This document shows positions 26,005-34,495 of a stretch of 64,000 nucleotides of DNA, one piece after another. The stretch covers positions 62,001-126,000 of the IMG/VR virus record IMGVR_UViG_3300042564_002819; one strand, given 5' to 3'. Every line of letters begins with the position of its first letter. Position 1 is the stretch's first letter. The notes beneath the pieces were generated by a model that saw only the letters and a list, made by a program, of their open reading frames with translations, did no database searches and was not told the DNA's origin. The position numbers were made by a program, and so were the translations under genes.

Positions 26005-27370
26005 TGGTAGTAGTATCCTTACATAGATTATAAAAATTTTCCATTTCAGGAAATGTTTCTAAAAAGTTTACATTTCTTCTTCTATCGTACTCTTTAAACC
26101 AGTTATAAAAGTCTTTTCTACCTTCGACAATTTTATTTTCTTCGTATGCTACCGATGCAAAATAGTTTCTAACACGACGAAATCTTTCATATTCTAAATC
26201 AGAGAATTTAGTAGTATCTTTTTCGTCTGTATTGTCTTCTATAAATTTTAATATTTTATCAAAATAAGGAAGAAATTCTTCCTTAGGAAGAATATGCATA
26301 TCATATTGCAACGGTTCTTTTAAATACGGAGTATCAAACCTAATTCTTCTTCTCGACGGATGATGATATTGTTTACGCCATTCTAGTATTTTTTCTAAAA
26401 ACAAAGTAAAACTAGTAACACTTAAAATATTAAAGGTACACATGAAAGTAATATCTGCACCAGTAACGTCTAAGTAGTTTTTCATATTTGATTCCCACAA
26501 ATCGACATCTAATCCGGTTCTCATATACTCAGCACGTTTTCCAAAAGAATCTATACTTGAATAAAGTTTAAACTTTTTTATGGAGTTTGTTTCTAATAGC
26601 TCGTTAACACTGGTTGATAACTTTGTTACTAATCTCGGACTTATACCCAAGTTACTATTTAAATTAAGTTCAAGGTGAGGACGGGGATCTTTTTTCAATC
26701 TCTCAAATAAATTCCATGTGCTTTTATGCATCAACGGTTCGCCACCTGTAATTCTTAAAATATTTAGAGTTTTTGAAAGCTCAGGCCACCATTCCCACCA
26801 TGCTTTAATGTAAGGATTGTTATCTTCTTCCATTGGCTTAAACCAGTCAATGTCTAGTGCATGGTTGTTAACACCTTCGACTTTTCCAAACTTTTTAATT
26901 TCAGCATGATAAGAACTACTTGCCATTGGGTGGCAATATCCACATTTAAAATTGCATTCATTTGAAAATGCAACTTCAACATATTCAGGATTAACGTTAA
27001 AATCCCACGGCTTTGTTAGAATTTCTTCAACTCTCTCAGGCTTATAAATTGATTGGTTTCTAATCATTCTATCTGAGATGTGATCGTTACCAAGAGATTC
27101 TACATTCCAACAGTATTTACAGCCTTCAGGTTTTTCACCAATAAGCATCTTTGCACGTTCTTTTTTCTTTGTTAGAGTGTTGTGCAAAGCACTAGGATTA
27201 TTTTTTATTTCCGACAAAGAAATAGCGTGAGGAGCAGGATGATAACAACTGTGGGTATCACCTGTGTGCAAGTATATTGTTGTATGATGCCATTTAGCTA
27301 AACAAAACGTTGGACTTATTTTGTCCATTTCTGTATTTTGTTGCTTGATTAAGTCTGTTTCTGAAGTCAT
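25994..27370 (-). CDS. Radical SAM protein with N-terminal Twitch domain (CxAKW/HSCYHP subtype)
   Basis: CLAKW...HSCYHP...CKYCW, CNFKCGYC, TGGEP; paralog of 10436..11962. Confidence 0.9.
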   Translation of the reverse strand: MTSETDLIKQQNTEMDKISPTFCLAKWHHTTIYLHTGDTHSCYHPAPHAISLSEIKNNPSALHNTLTKKKERAKMLIGEKPEGCKYCWNVESLGNDHISDRMIRNQSIYKPERVEEILTKPWDFNVNPEYVEVAFSNECNFKCGYCHPMASSSYHAEIKKFGKVEGVNNHALDIDWFKPMEEDNNPYIKAWWEWWPELSKTLNILRITGGEPLMHKSTWNLFERLKKDPRPHLELNLNSNLGISPRLVTKLSTSVNELLETNSIKKFKLYSSIDSFGKRAEYMRTGLDVDLWESNMKNYLDVTGADITFMCTFNILSVTSFTLFLEKILEWRKQYHHPSRRRIRFDTPYLKEPLQYDMHILPKEEFLPYFDKILKFIEDNTDEKDTTKFSDLEYERFRRVRNYFASVAYEENKIVEGRKDFYNWFKEYDRRRNVNFLETFPEMENFYNLCKDTTTNAG

Positions 27371-28299
27371 TGTTCTCTATCTATAAATTGTTGATCGAAT
27401 GTCCTTGCAGGATTTTGATATACTGTTTTAAAAAACTTACTTTGTTCTGCTTCTAGTGGATAAGCCGCAATAGGTAAATCCAACACCGGAATAAGTGCAT
27501 CAGCTAAGTCCTCGCATTTACGGATAATGTTTTCTTCATTGACATTTTTAGTAACAGTATTGTTCCAGTAATCATTAAGCCAGTCAAAGTCTCTAACATT
27601 TACATAATCCCAATCGGATAACATTGTCTTATGTAATCCTTCTCGAGCACCGTAAATAGCCCACATACCGTTTTCTACATCAGCACCTATCATTAACCAA
27701 ATATAAAGTCTGTGTAAATTTTTCCAATGGTTCTTTTTAAAATCTTCTATCGATGGCTTAATGCCGCGGTCGAGCGACATTTTAACGCCTTCGCGAAAAC
27801 CTGCACGCCATGCTTGTTGTGGAGTTGCGTTATTAAAAATTTCACTGTAACAGCTATTCATTTGAATGTATTCTACATCCCAACAAAAATCTACTTGTGC
27901 GTGAGGGTTGTTTGGGTCTGCATTTTCATGAGTTTTCATGTTAAGAACGTATTCTTTTGGCCAGCATTTAAGGCCGCCGTTTCCGTACATAAGACCATTA
28001 ATAGTATTTCGAGCAGTCCAACTAATAACGCACTTTTCTAAATCTTTATTTTCATCAAAGTCAAACTCCTTTGTTAAAAACTCCGATTTAATAGTGTTGT
28101 CGCCGTCAACGGTGATAAATCTATCCGTTTCAGAGAGTTTAGCACATGCCTTATGTGCTGCATCTGAGCCTTTGACTCCGTGAACACGTTTTGCCCATGG
28201 AATTTTTTTGCACAAGTCTGCATAATTTTTTTCTGCATTAGGTTCATCATAACTTAAGTATATAATGTCGTAATCAAGAACTCTAAATTTATTTCCCAT
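27367..28299 (-). CDS. Putative GT-A glycosyltransferase (DGD motif)
   Basis: DIIYLSYDEPNA...HGVKG..AH...FITVDGD...YGNGGLK...AWRAGFRE. Start ATG 28299 after GAGG (ORF track 28347). Confidence 0.65.
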   Translation of the reverse strand: MGNKFRVLDYDIIYLSYDEPNAEKNYADLCKKIPWAKRVHGVKGSDAAHKACAKLSETDRFITVDGDNTIKSEFLTKEFDFDENKDLEKCVISWTARNTINGLMYGNGGLKCWPKEYVLNMKTHENADPNNPHAQVDFCWDVEYIQMNSCYSEIFNNATPQQAWRAGFREGVKMSLDRGIKPSIEDFKKNHWKNLHRLYIWLMIGADVENGMWAIYGAREGLHKTMLSDWDYVNVRDFDWLNDYWNNTVTKNVNEENIIRKCEDLADALIPVLDLPIAAYPLEAEQSKFFKTVYQNPARTFDQQFIDREQ

Positions 28300-28882
28300 T
28301 AATAACCTCGTGATAATATGTTTCAAGTCGTTTAATAGTATATACACTTAATAATCCAACAGTGTGTTCTATTTGATTTTCAAATAAAATTTCATAGTCA
28401 TTGTAAATTAAATCTGTTAAATTAACAATAATGCATCTTTCCAATTGATGCGGATCATTAAATCTAGTAATGCTAAACATTAAGGGTCTGTCTAAAGATA
28501 CTTTTTTTGTTTTTAAGTTTTCTTTTATAGACTCATCTAGTTTAAAAACCCATTTTTTATTTTCAATGTCTTGTACTATAGTTAAGTCTGGCCTAGAACT
28601 ACTCTTATATTCTGGTATTTTATGTACCTGTGTATTAATATCAAAGACAACTTCTTCGTTGTTAAATCTATGCTTTAATATATAGTTCTTTTTTATTGTA
28701 TCAAAGATTACTTGATAAGTGTGAAACTGTTCCTGACCTGTGATTAAATTATAAACTTCGTCAACGTCTACCTCAATATACAATCCTTCGCTGTCGTTAG
28801 AATTTCCTACTGAGAGTAAATTTCCCAAATCGTCAAAATAAACAAATTTTTTGTTTGAAACATATAGATTATCTGTGTTCAC
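28289..28882 (-). CDS. Hypothetical protein
   Basis: 197-aa ORF filling the operon gap; no recognisable motif. Confidence 0.7.
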   Translation of the reverse strand: MNTDNLYVSNKKFVYFDDLGNLLSVGNSNDSEGLYIEVDVDEVYNLITGQEQFHTYQVIFDTIKKNYILKHRFNNEEVVFDINTQVHKIPEYKSSSRPDLTIVQDIENKKWVFKLDESIKENLKTKKVSLDRPLMFSITRFNDPHQLERCIIVNLTDLIYNDYEILFENQIEHTVGLLSVYTIKRLETYYHEVINGK

Positions 28883-28883
28883 G

Positions 28884-29726
28884 CTATATTCCTAAAAACT
28901 TTTCGTATATAGATATTATTTCGTCCGAAGCAAAATCTTTTTCTGTATAATGAAATATACCCGATTGCTTGTAATTACCAATTTTTAAGTTTAAATTTTT
29001 ATCTAAATACACGCCAACTTTGTCTTGCCATCGGTCAGTCTGAATTAATTTCCAATCTTGACACCTAGCTTTCATGTGAACGAAGTACGGATAACTAGTA
29101 TTCGGACTAGCTATTTTATTTTCGCAATTCAAAATCTTTGTTACAATTGCTGCACTTAAATCAACACTAGGAAATTTTTGAAAATATTTTCCGCCGGCGT
29201 ATTGTCCATAAAATAATTCCCAATTGTTCATCACTAATTCTAACCACTTGTAAAAGTTATGTGCTTCGTCACTTTTTTCAAAATAGTTAAATGCACTATA
29301 CAAGTTTGGCAAATTATGATTTATAAAGGCTTTACGATAATAAGGACTGGTAATTTCGTCGCCGCGATAAGTGATAACTTTTTTTGTAAAAAATACATTG
29401 TATCCTTTTAAAAAGTCCCACCAATGACTTATGTTTTCTAATACTAATACATCAGAATCAAGAACTATTGTGCGAGAATATGGAGTAGCATGATATATTT
29501 TCCATCTATTTTCTATTTTCCAGCTTGATGATTGTGCAGTATCTTCCCAAGGAATATTAACTATGTCATCAAAAACAGACTTTGTTTTAGTATCAATGCT
29601 ATCGTTAGTAATTAAGCAGATTTTGCTATCTGGATTTGTTGATCGTATGCTTAATGCTGCTAAGTATGCCTGTTTAACATAATTATGCTCACTGTTTTGT
29701 GCTAAAATAGTAAAATTAAGACTCAT
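28884..29726 (-). CDS. Putative GT8-like glycosyltransferase
   Basis: YHATPYSRTIVLDSDV (DxD), FVHMK; paralog of the next gene. Confidence 0.65.
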   Translation of the reverse strand: MSLNFTILAQNSEHNYVKQAYLAALSIRSTNPDSKICLITNDSIDTKTKSVFDDIVNIPWEDTAQSSSWKIENRWKIYHATPYSRTIVLDSDVLVLENISHWWDFLKGYNVFFTKKVITYRGDEITSPYYRKAFINHNLPNLYSAFNYFEKSDEAHNFYKWLELVMNNWELFYGQYAGGKYFQKFPSVDLSAAIVTKILNCENKIASPNTSYPYFVHMKARCQDWKLIQTDRWQDKVGVYLDKNLNLKIGNYKQSGIFHYTEKDFASDEIISIYEKFLGI

Positions 29727-30564
29727 TGTCGATAATCCTATTTAAGTTTATCTTATTCATTATGTGTACATTACTTTGTTTAATCTTAACAGGAAAATAA
29801 TTAGTCGAACTTTTATTGTTTTCGACTAAAAATAAAAACTCCTCGTCTTTAATTTCAAGAATCAAATCTCTGTCAAGTGTATAATACATAGTGCCTGGTA
29901 AACTTTTTACAAAGTTTCCTGATTTATATCCATTCATAACATGTACAGCTATACTAAATGCATAGTCATTCCTAAACGTAGCATAAGGCAACTGATAAAT
30001 GTTTTTGTAATGATACCAATTTTCTTGTATGTGCTGAATTAAATTAAAAAATATTTTATTTTTTTCTGTTTTTCTAAAAAAAACTACAGTTGCCCAATAA
30101 AAGTTAGGGCCTGTTTCACTAATTTTAGAAAATTCACTAACATCTCTCCATCCTGACAATTCAACTGCGTCTTTGTACATCATTAAATCGTGAGGTTGAT
30201 TGAAACAGTTTAGTAAGTCTGCGTTAGAAATTATAAAATCTGTATCAAGTAAAATAGTTTCGTCGTACGGAGACAGATCATATGCACGACTTCTAGAATC
30301 ATTTTTATACTCTAAATTTTTTCTTACATAAATCCCGTCATTGTATTTTTTATATTGAATCGTTTTTTCGTTTTTTATTTCGATAACTTGATCAAAGATT
30401 GTTTTGTAATTGCTAAACGATTTTTTTAAATACGCTGCATTGTCTGTAATAATGCTAACAGGTAAATTTAAATATTTTTTAATACGATTTGCAGCATAAA
30501 CCGCTTGTTTTGTATAATCTACTTCGCTATTATTTCTTGCTATTAATAATGCTCCGCTAGTCAT
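29716..30564 (-). CDS. Putative GT8-like glycosyltransferase
   Basis: YDLSPYDETILLDTDF (DxD), FRNDYAFSIA, VHIMNK. Confidence 0.65.
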   Translation of the reverse strand: MTSGALLIARNNSEVDYTKQAVYAANRIKKYLNLPVSIITDNAAYLKKSFSNYKTIFDQVIEIKNEKTIQYKKYNDGIYVRKNLEYKNDSRSRAYDLSPYDETILLDTDFIISNADLLNCFNQPHDLMMYKDAVELSGWRDVSEFSKISETGPNFYWATVVFFRKTEKNKIFFNLIQHIQENWYHYKNIYQLPYATFRNDYAFSIAVHVMNGYKSGNFVKSLPGTMYYTLDRDLILEIKDEEFLFLVENNKSSTNYFPVKIKQSNVHIMNKINLNRIIDNES

Positions 30565-30908
30565 AAATCAATAATACCTTCAATACTTCTATTGCTTCGT
30601 AACTTATTGTATGCAACTAGATAAGTATTGGCAGCTTTCCAGTAAACATTAACAATATCGCTTGTAAACTTTTCAAGATCTTCGACCTCGATAGGAATGT
30701 CGTTGTCATCTATCAAAATAGTGTTGTTTTGATTCAATTGTTTCAAACTTTGACAAAAGCTTAACAATTGTTGAGTTACTGTAAACCTACCGCCACTAAA
30801 ATAAAATATAATATTGTCTTGATACTGTTCTTTTAAAATTCTTTTTTGATTTTCAAGAGTAATCATGTAATTACTAAAATCAAGTGCTTTTTCTAAACGT
30901 TCATCCAT
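30561..30908 (-). CDS. Hypothetical protein (115 aa), first gene of the enzyme operon
   Basis: SD AGGAG before the ATG; ATGA overlap with the downstream gene. Confidence 0.75.
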   Translation of the reverse strand: MDERLEKALDFSNYMITLENQKRILKEQYQDNIIFYFSGGRFTVTQQLLSFCQSLKQLNQNNTILIDDNDIPIEVEDLEKFTSDIVNVYWKAANTYLVAYNKLRSNRSIEGIIDL

Positions 30909-30918
30909 AGAAAACTCC

Positions 30919-30943
30919 TATTGTATCTTTTAATGATACAATA
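30919..30943. repeat. Perfect 9-bp inverted repeat TATTGTATC-N7-GATACAATA
   Basis: Arms at 30919-30927 and 30935-30943; overlaps the -10 box and abuts the SD. Confidence 0.7.
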
Positions 30944-30961
30944 TTTTTTTAAAAAAGTCAA
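30933..30961 (-). promoter_or_regulatory. Sigma70-type promoter TTGACT-N17-TATCAT
   Basis: -35 at 30961-30956, -10 at 30938-30933, 17-bp spacer, in the gap between the structural and enzyme modules. Confidence 0.65.
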
Positions 30962-30968
30962 TGTAAAT

Positions 30969-31973
30969 TTATGCTGGTGGGCTAGCATTATCCGCTGTCA
31001 TAGCAACTGCTGTTGCAATTGTCGGTGCAGCTATGCTAACTGCTGTATATGTGACAGTATTGTATACAAAAGAACTATCGGGTTGAAATGTATTAACGCT
31101 ACTAGTAACCGTACCGTTGACTGATTCGTCTACCGATACTCCAGTGTTGTCGTCGTTTAACGAGATTCTAAAGCGTAACACTGTGCTACTAACTGTTCTG
31201 CCTTCTATAATATAATCGTTACTTGCATATAACCCAGAACCGGCTTTAATAAATAGTTGACGGTATGAAGATGTTAAGCTATCGTATCCACTTCCGCCCG
31301 AGCCAGACGGAGTTGGTGTACCCGAACTTGCTGTTAATGCATATTTTCCAAATCTTACTGTTCCCATAGCTGACAACAAAGATGCCCAATCAGTAGACTT
31401 CGAACCCGAACCTCCGGTAAGTGTACTAGAAAATCTTATTTCTCCGCCAGCATTAAAAAAACAGTTCATTACGGTTGAACTTGAAAAAGTTACAGTAATT
31501 ACATGATAGATTGACTTAGCAACATCTGCTGACCCACCCCACGAAGTGCTTCTTGCACTACTTGTAGCAGTTCCAAGTGTAAAATTTCCTATCGGAAATG
31601 CTGTTGTGCTCGGATTAAAATTTGAAATATTAGTAATTAACGTCGAATAATCATTTACACCTTGTTTTGTTCCATCTGCCGGAGTTGCTTTTGCCCCAGT
31701 TGATTGGTTAAACGTTTGCGATGTGTCTGCTCCAATAGTTTGTCCAGAAGGAGGTACAGCTATAGCTGTACTAATTGCTCCTTGTTGATGCACATATGCA
31801 CCTTGTGCATCTAAAAATAAGTTAAGCATTTGTTGTGATGTAACAGAATTAACCGATGCGGTAACTGCCGATGATCGCATAGTTTGTCCATACAATGTAG
31901 AATAAACAGATGCTAGAGATGTTCTCACATTGTTATATTGTGCGGCAGTAATAGAATCACCTACTAACGGCAT
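30969..31973 (-). CDS. Ser/Thr-rich putative virion structural protein
   Basis: S/T/G/A-rich; FFNAGGEIRF...W..LLSAMGTVRF shared with the adjacent paralog; late promoter upstream. Confidence 0.7.
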   Translation of the reverse strand: MPLVGDSITAAQYNNVRTSLASVYSTLYGQTMRSSAVTASVNSVTSQQMLNLFLDAQGAYVHQQGAISTAIAVPPSGQTIGADTSQTFNQSTGAKATPADGTKQGVNDYSTLITNISNFNPSTTAFPIGNFTLGTATSSARSTSWGGSADVAKSIYHVITVTFSSSTVMNCFFNAGGEIRFSSTLTGGSGSKSTDWASLLSAMGTVRFGKYALTASSGTPTPSGSGGSGYDSLTSSYRQLFIKAGSGLYASNDYIIEGRTVSSTVLRFRISLNDDNTGVSVDESVNGTVTSSVNTFQPDSSFVYNTVTYTAVSIAAPTIATAVAMTADNASPPA

Positions 31974-31992
31974 TAAACTCTCCTAATAGCAT

Positions 31993-32000
31993 TATTTATT
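31993..32000 (-). promoter_or_regulatory. T4-like late promoter box AATAAATA, inside an imperfect inverted repeat (31985-32016)
   Basis: Matches the TATAAATA-type late -10 element about 20 nt upstream of ATG 31973. Confidence 0.55.
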
Positions 32001-32020
32001 AAAATAAATTGCTATTTAAA

Positions 32021-32938
32021 TTAGCTTGACAAATTGATAGTTGTTTGATATGTAGGTGTTGGAACACTAACATAATTACCTGTAGGTCGTAATTGAGTAA
32101 TTGTACTAGTAATTGTTCCTACTACTTGTTCGTCAAGACCGCCTACATTTGCATCGTCAAAAATAACTAAAAATGTTATAACATTTGCGTTTTGAGCACC
32201 TTTGGCTCGAATTCTTATATAGTTTTGAGAATATAAACCAGAACCATATTTTTCAAATACTGTTTGATATGTTGACGTTAAGTCAAAGTTTCCTAAATTG
32301 AAAGATGTACCAGATCCTGTTGCTATTGCAGTGGTGTAGTTAAATTTTACTGTGCCCATGTTTGATAGCATAGTAACCCAGTCATTAAACTTAACACCCG
32401 ACCCTCCGGTTGCCGAAGCTGCAAATCTTATTTCGCCGCCACCATTAAAAAAGTGTCTTCTATGATCAACTCCAGTAGATAACACATTGTTTCCAGAAGT
32501 GTTAGTTGTTTGATAACCGCCTGGAAATGTAACTGTAAACTCATGCATGATTGGGCCCGAGGTTCCCCAAGGAGACGATCTTACACTGCTTGCTTTCGAT
32601 TCTGCTGTTACTCTACTAGGATGTACTGAATTTTTTGCAGCATATACAGTATCAACTTCTGATTCGTATGCGGCATACACTGCTTCAGTTATTTGATCTG
32701 TTGCTGCAACTGTTGGCACTGTGGTAGATATGTTTGTTTGATGAACTTTTGCTATATTGATGTCGGATTTTAAATTATTAATATGTTGAGCTTCAACTAT
32801 GTCAACAGGCGGCGTGTTTCTTACTTGTCGACTCGACAAGGCTTGTCCGTAACCAAACTCCCCCGAACCATTACCTAAAATGGTTCGTATTTTTGCTTGC
32901 ATACTGTTATAGCGACTTGCCTCAATGTTACGTGCCAT
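32021..32938 (-). CDS. Putative virion structural protein, paralog of 30969..31973
   Basis: FFNGGGEIRF...W..MLSNMGTVKF...GSGLY..NY. Confidence 0.7.
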   Translation of the reverse strand: MARNIEASRYNSMQAKIRTILGNGSGEFGYGQALSSRQVRNTPPVDIVEAQHINNLKSDINIAKVHQTNISTTVPTVAATDQITEAVYAAYESEVDTVYAAKNSVHPSRVTAESKASSVRSSPWGTSGPIMHEFTVTFPGGYQTTNTSGNNVLSTGVDHRRHFFNGGGEIRFAASATGGSGVKFNDWVTMLSNMGTVKFNYTTAIATGSGTSFNLGNFDLTSTYQTVFEKYGSGLYSQNYIRIRAKGAQNANVITFLVIFDDANVGGLDEQVVGTITSTITQLRPTGNYVSVPTPTYQTTINLSS

Positions 32939-32963
32939 TAAATACCTCTTAAACTTATAGTTT

Positions 32964-32971
32964 TATTTATA
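32964..32971 (-). promoter_or_regulatory. T4-like late promoter TATAAATA
   Basis: Exact T4 late consensus overlapping the upstream stop codon, about 25 nt before ATG 32938. Confidence 0.7.
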
Positions 32972-34457
32972 CCTTTAAAACGCATTCAACTAGCTTTTCT
33001 TCATTCGATTCATTAGTCTCTAGTGCAACACCAACTAATCCGTTAGTTGCTAATGTTGAGCAAACTCCGTCTTGCCATGCATATACTGCTTGTCCTTTTT
33101 TTACAGGACCAGTTATTCTAACCGGAACTCTTCCTTTAAGAGCAATAGCTTGCCCGTCGATATGAGAATTCATTAAATACGCCGGTTTTTCTGATATGAC
33201 ACCTATACAAACATTACTTGAGTTTGCAGGGCATGTTTCATGCTCACCGTTATAAGAAACTGCCATTGCAGTTCCAACTGGATGTGAAAATTCAACTGTA
33301 TACTTTTCAGCTAAGTCGGCATATTGTGCAACTGTGGCTGTTCCTACAAAGAAAGTTGCCTTTAATGCACCAGCTGTGATAGTTTGGCCGCCAATTGTTT
33401 CATTTGCTGCTGTTCTAGATGCAACAGTATCTGCTGTTGCAGATACAGATGCAGTTTTGTAAGATGAACCTACCTTTAATGTATCAGCTTGTGTTGCAAT
33501 TCCATTAAAAGTAGTTGCATATACAGTTTGCCACTTTTCGGAAGACTTTCCTAAGTCAAAAGTATTTGTTGCACCTGGATGTATACCTGTACTGTCAATA
33601 TAGGATATTAAGCTATTGCTTGCATTTTTAATTCTTAATAAATTTCTAACTAACTTTATAACCGGAGTTTGTAAGTCAGTATCTATATTAATAATTAAAT
33701 CGTTATCACTTCCGAGTGTGATACCGCTGTCATCAAAACTTACTACGCTAGCAAACGATGTGTTGTCAGTAGTTAGGTAATCCGATGCTGCTCTTCCGTT
33801 TAGTTTTACAGCATTTGATGCTGTTCCCCAAAATCTATAATTTGATGATGTGACCCCTGCGGTGCTTGCTCTTGTGTCTATTAATGTAACACCTTGCTTA
33901 ATTACATCAAAGCCTGTTATAGCAGTGCCAGTTGAGTTGGTAAAGTCGGCATCTTTACTAATAACAAAAACAACTGTATCGTTAATGGTGCCCGTAATTA
34001 CGTTGTGTGATGCGGCTCCAGTGTCTGTTAGCGTTATACTTTTCATTTGTGTTTCGCCAACACCCGGTGCTGTTTGTGGTCCAACTAATATCCATTCATT
34101 TAATGAATTTTTTACATATAGTTGTTCTGTTGAATTATTCCACCAAAACTCGCCCTCAACAAATCCAGATGGTTGTGTCGCACTTATTTCTGTACCACCT
34201 GTAGTTTTCCATTTTGTTCCATCGTAGACTTTTAATTTACTTACGGAGGTGTCAAACCAGATCATTCCAGAAACTGGTTTTGGTGGAGCAGATGATCCTG
34301 CAAAATTTTCTAATAAAAACATAAAGTTTTCATTTTGAGCTTCACCGTACCCAGCATAGTTTTTGCCGATGAATTTTAATTCAGTTGATGTATTTACTGT
34401 ACCATCGTCAACTGTTGTTTGTACTGTACCGTTATATTTGTTAATAATGTATGCCAT
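32967..34457 (-). CDS. Tail fibre/spike protein with C-terminal intramolecular-chaperone-like domain
   Basis: Shared fibre N-terminus (GKNYAGYGE..NENF..LLENF); C-terminal YADLAEKY...GVIS..PAYLMN...ALKGRVPV. Confidence 0.7.
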   Translation of the reverse strand: MAYIINKYNGTVQTTVDDGTVNTSTELKFIGKNYAGYGEAQNENFMFLLENFAGSSAPPKPVSGMIWFDTSVSKLKVYDGTKWKTTGGTEISATQPSGFVEGEFWWNNSTEQLYVKNSLNEWILVGPQTAPGVGETQMKSITLTDTGAASHNVITGTINDTVVFVISKDADFTNSTGTAITGFDVIKQGVTLIDTRASTAGVTSSNYRFWGTASNAVKLNGRAASDYLTTDNTSFASVVSFDDSGITLGSDNDLIINIDTDLQTPVIKLVRNLLRIKNASNSLISYIDSTGIHPGATNTFDLGKSSEKWQTVYATTFNGIATQADTLKVGSSYKTASVSATADTVASRTAANETIGGQTITAGALKATFFVGTATVAQYADLAEKYTVEFSHPVGTAMAVSYNGEHETCPANSSNVCIGVISEKPAYLMNSHIDGQAIALKGRVPVRITGPVKKGQAVYAWQDGVCSTLATNGLVGVALETNESNEEKLVECVLKV

Positions 34458-34484
34458 TATGGAAGAACCCCTAGTGCTTTATGT

Positions 34485-34492
34485 TATTTATC
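34485..34492 (-). promoter_or_regulatory. T4-like late promoter box GATAAATA
   Basis: In the short intergenic gap upstream of ATG 34457. Confidence 0.55.
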
Positions 34493-34495
34493 GCA

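Noticed and set aside
1-30908. Bacterial LPS/capsule locus or chimeric join to host DNA
   Set aside because: No flippase, polymerase, transporter or obvious membrane proteins; same strand and gene packing as the phage genes; no integrase or att-like junction seen. Read-level confirmation was not possible.
30909-30968. Rho-independent terminator between the modules
   Set aside because: The stem is AT-rich and is followed by the SD rather than a U-tract on the coding strand.
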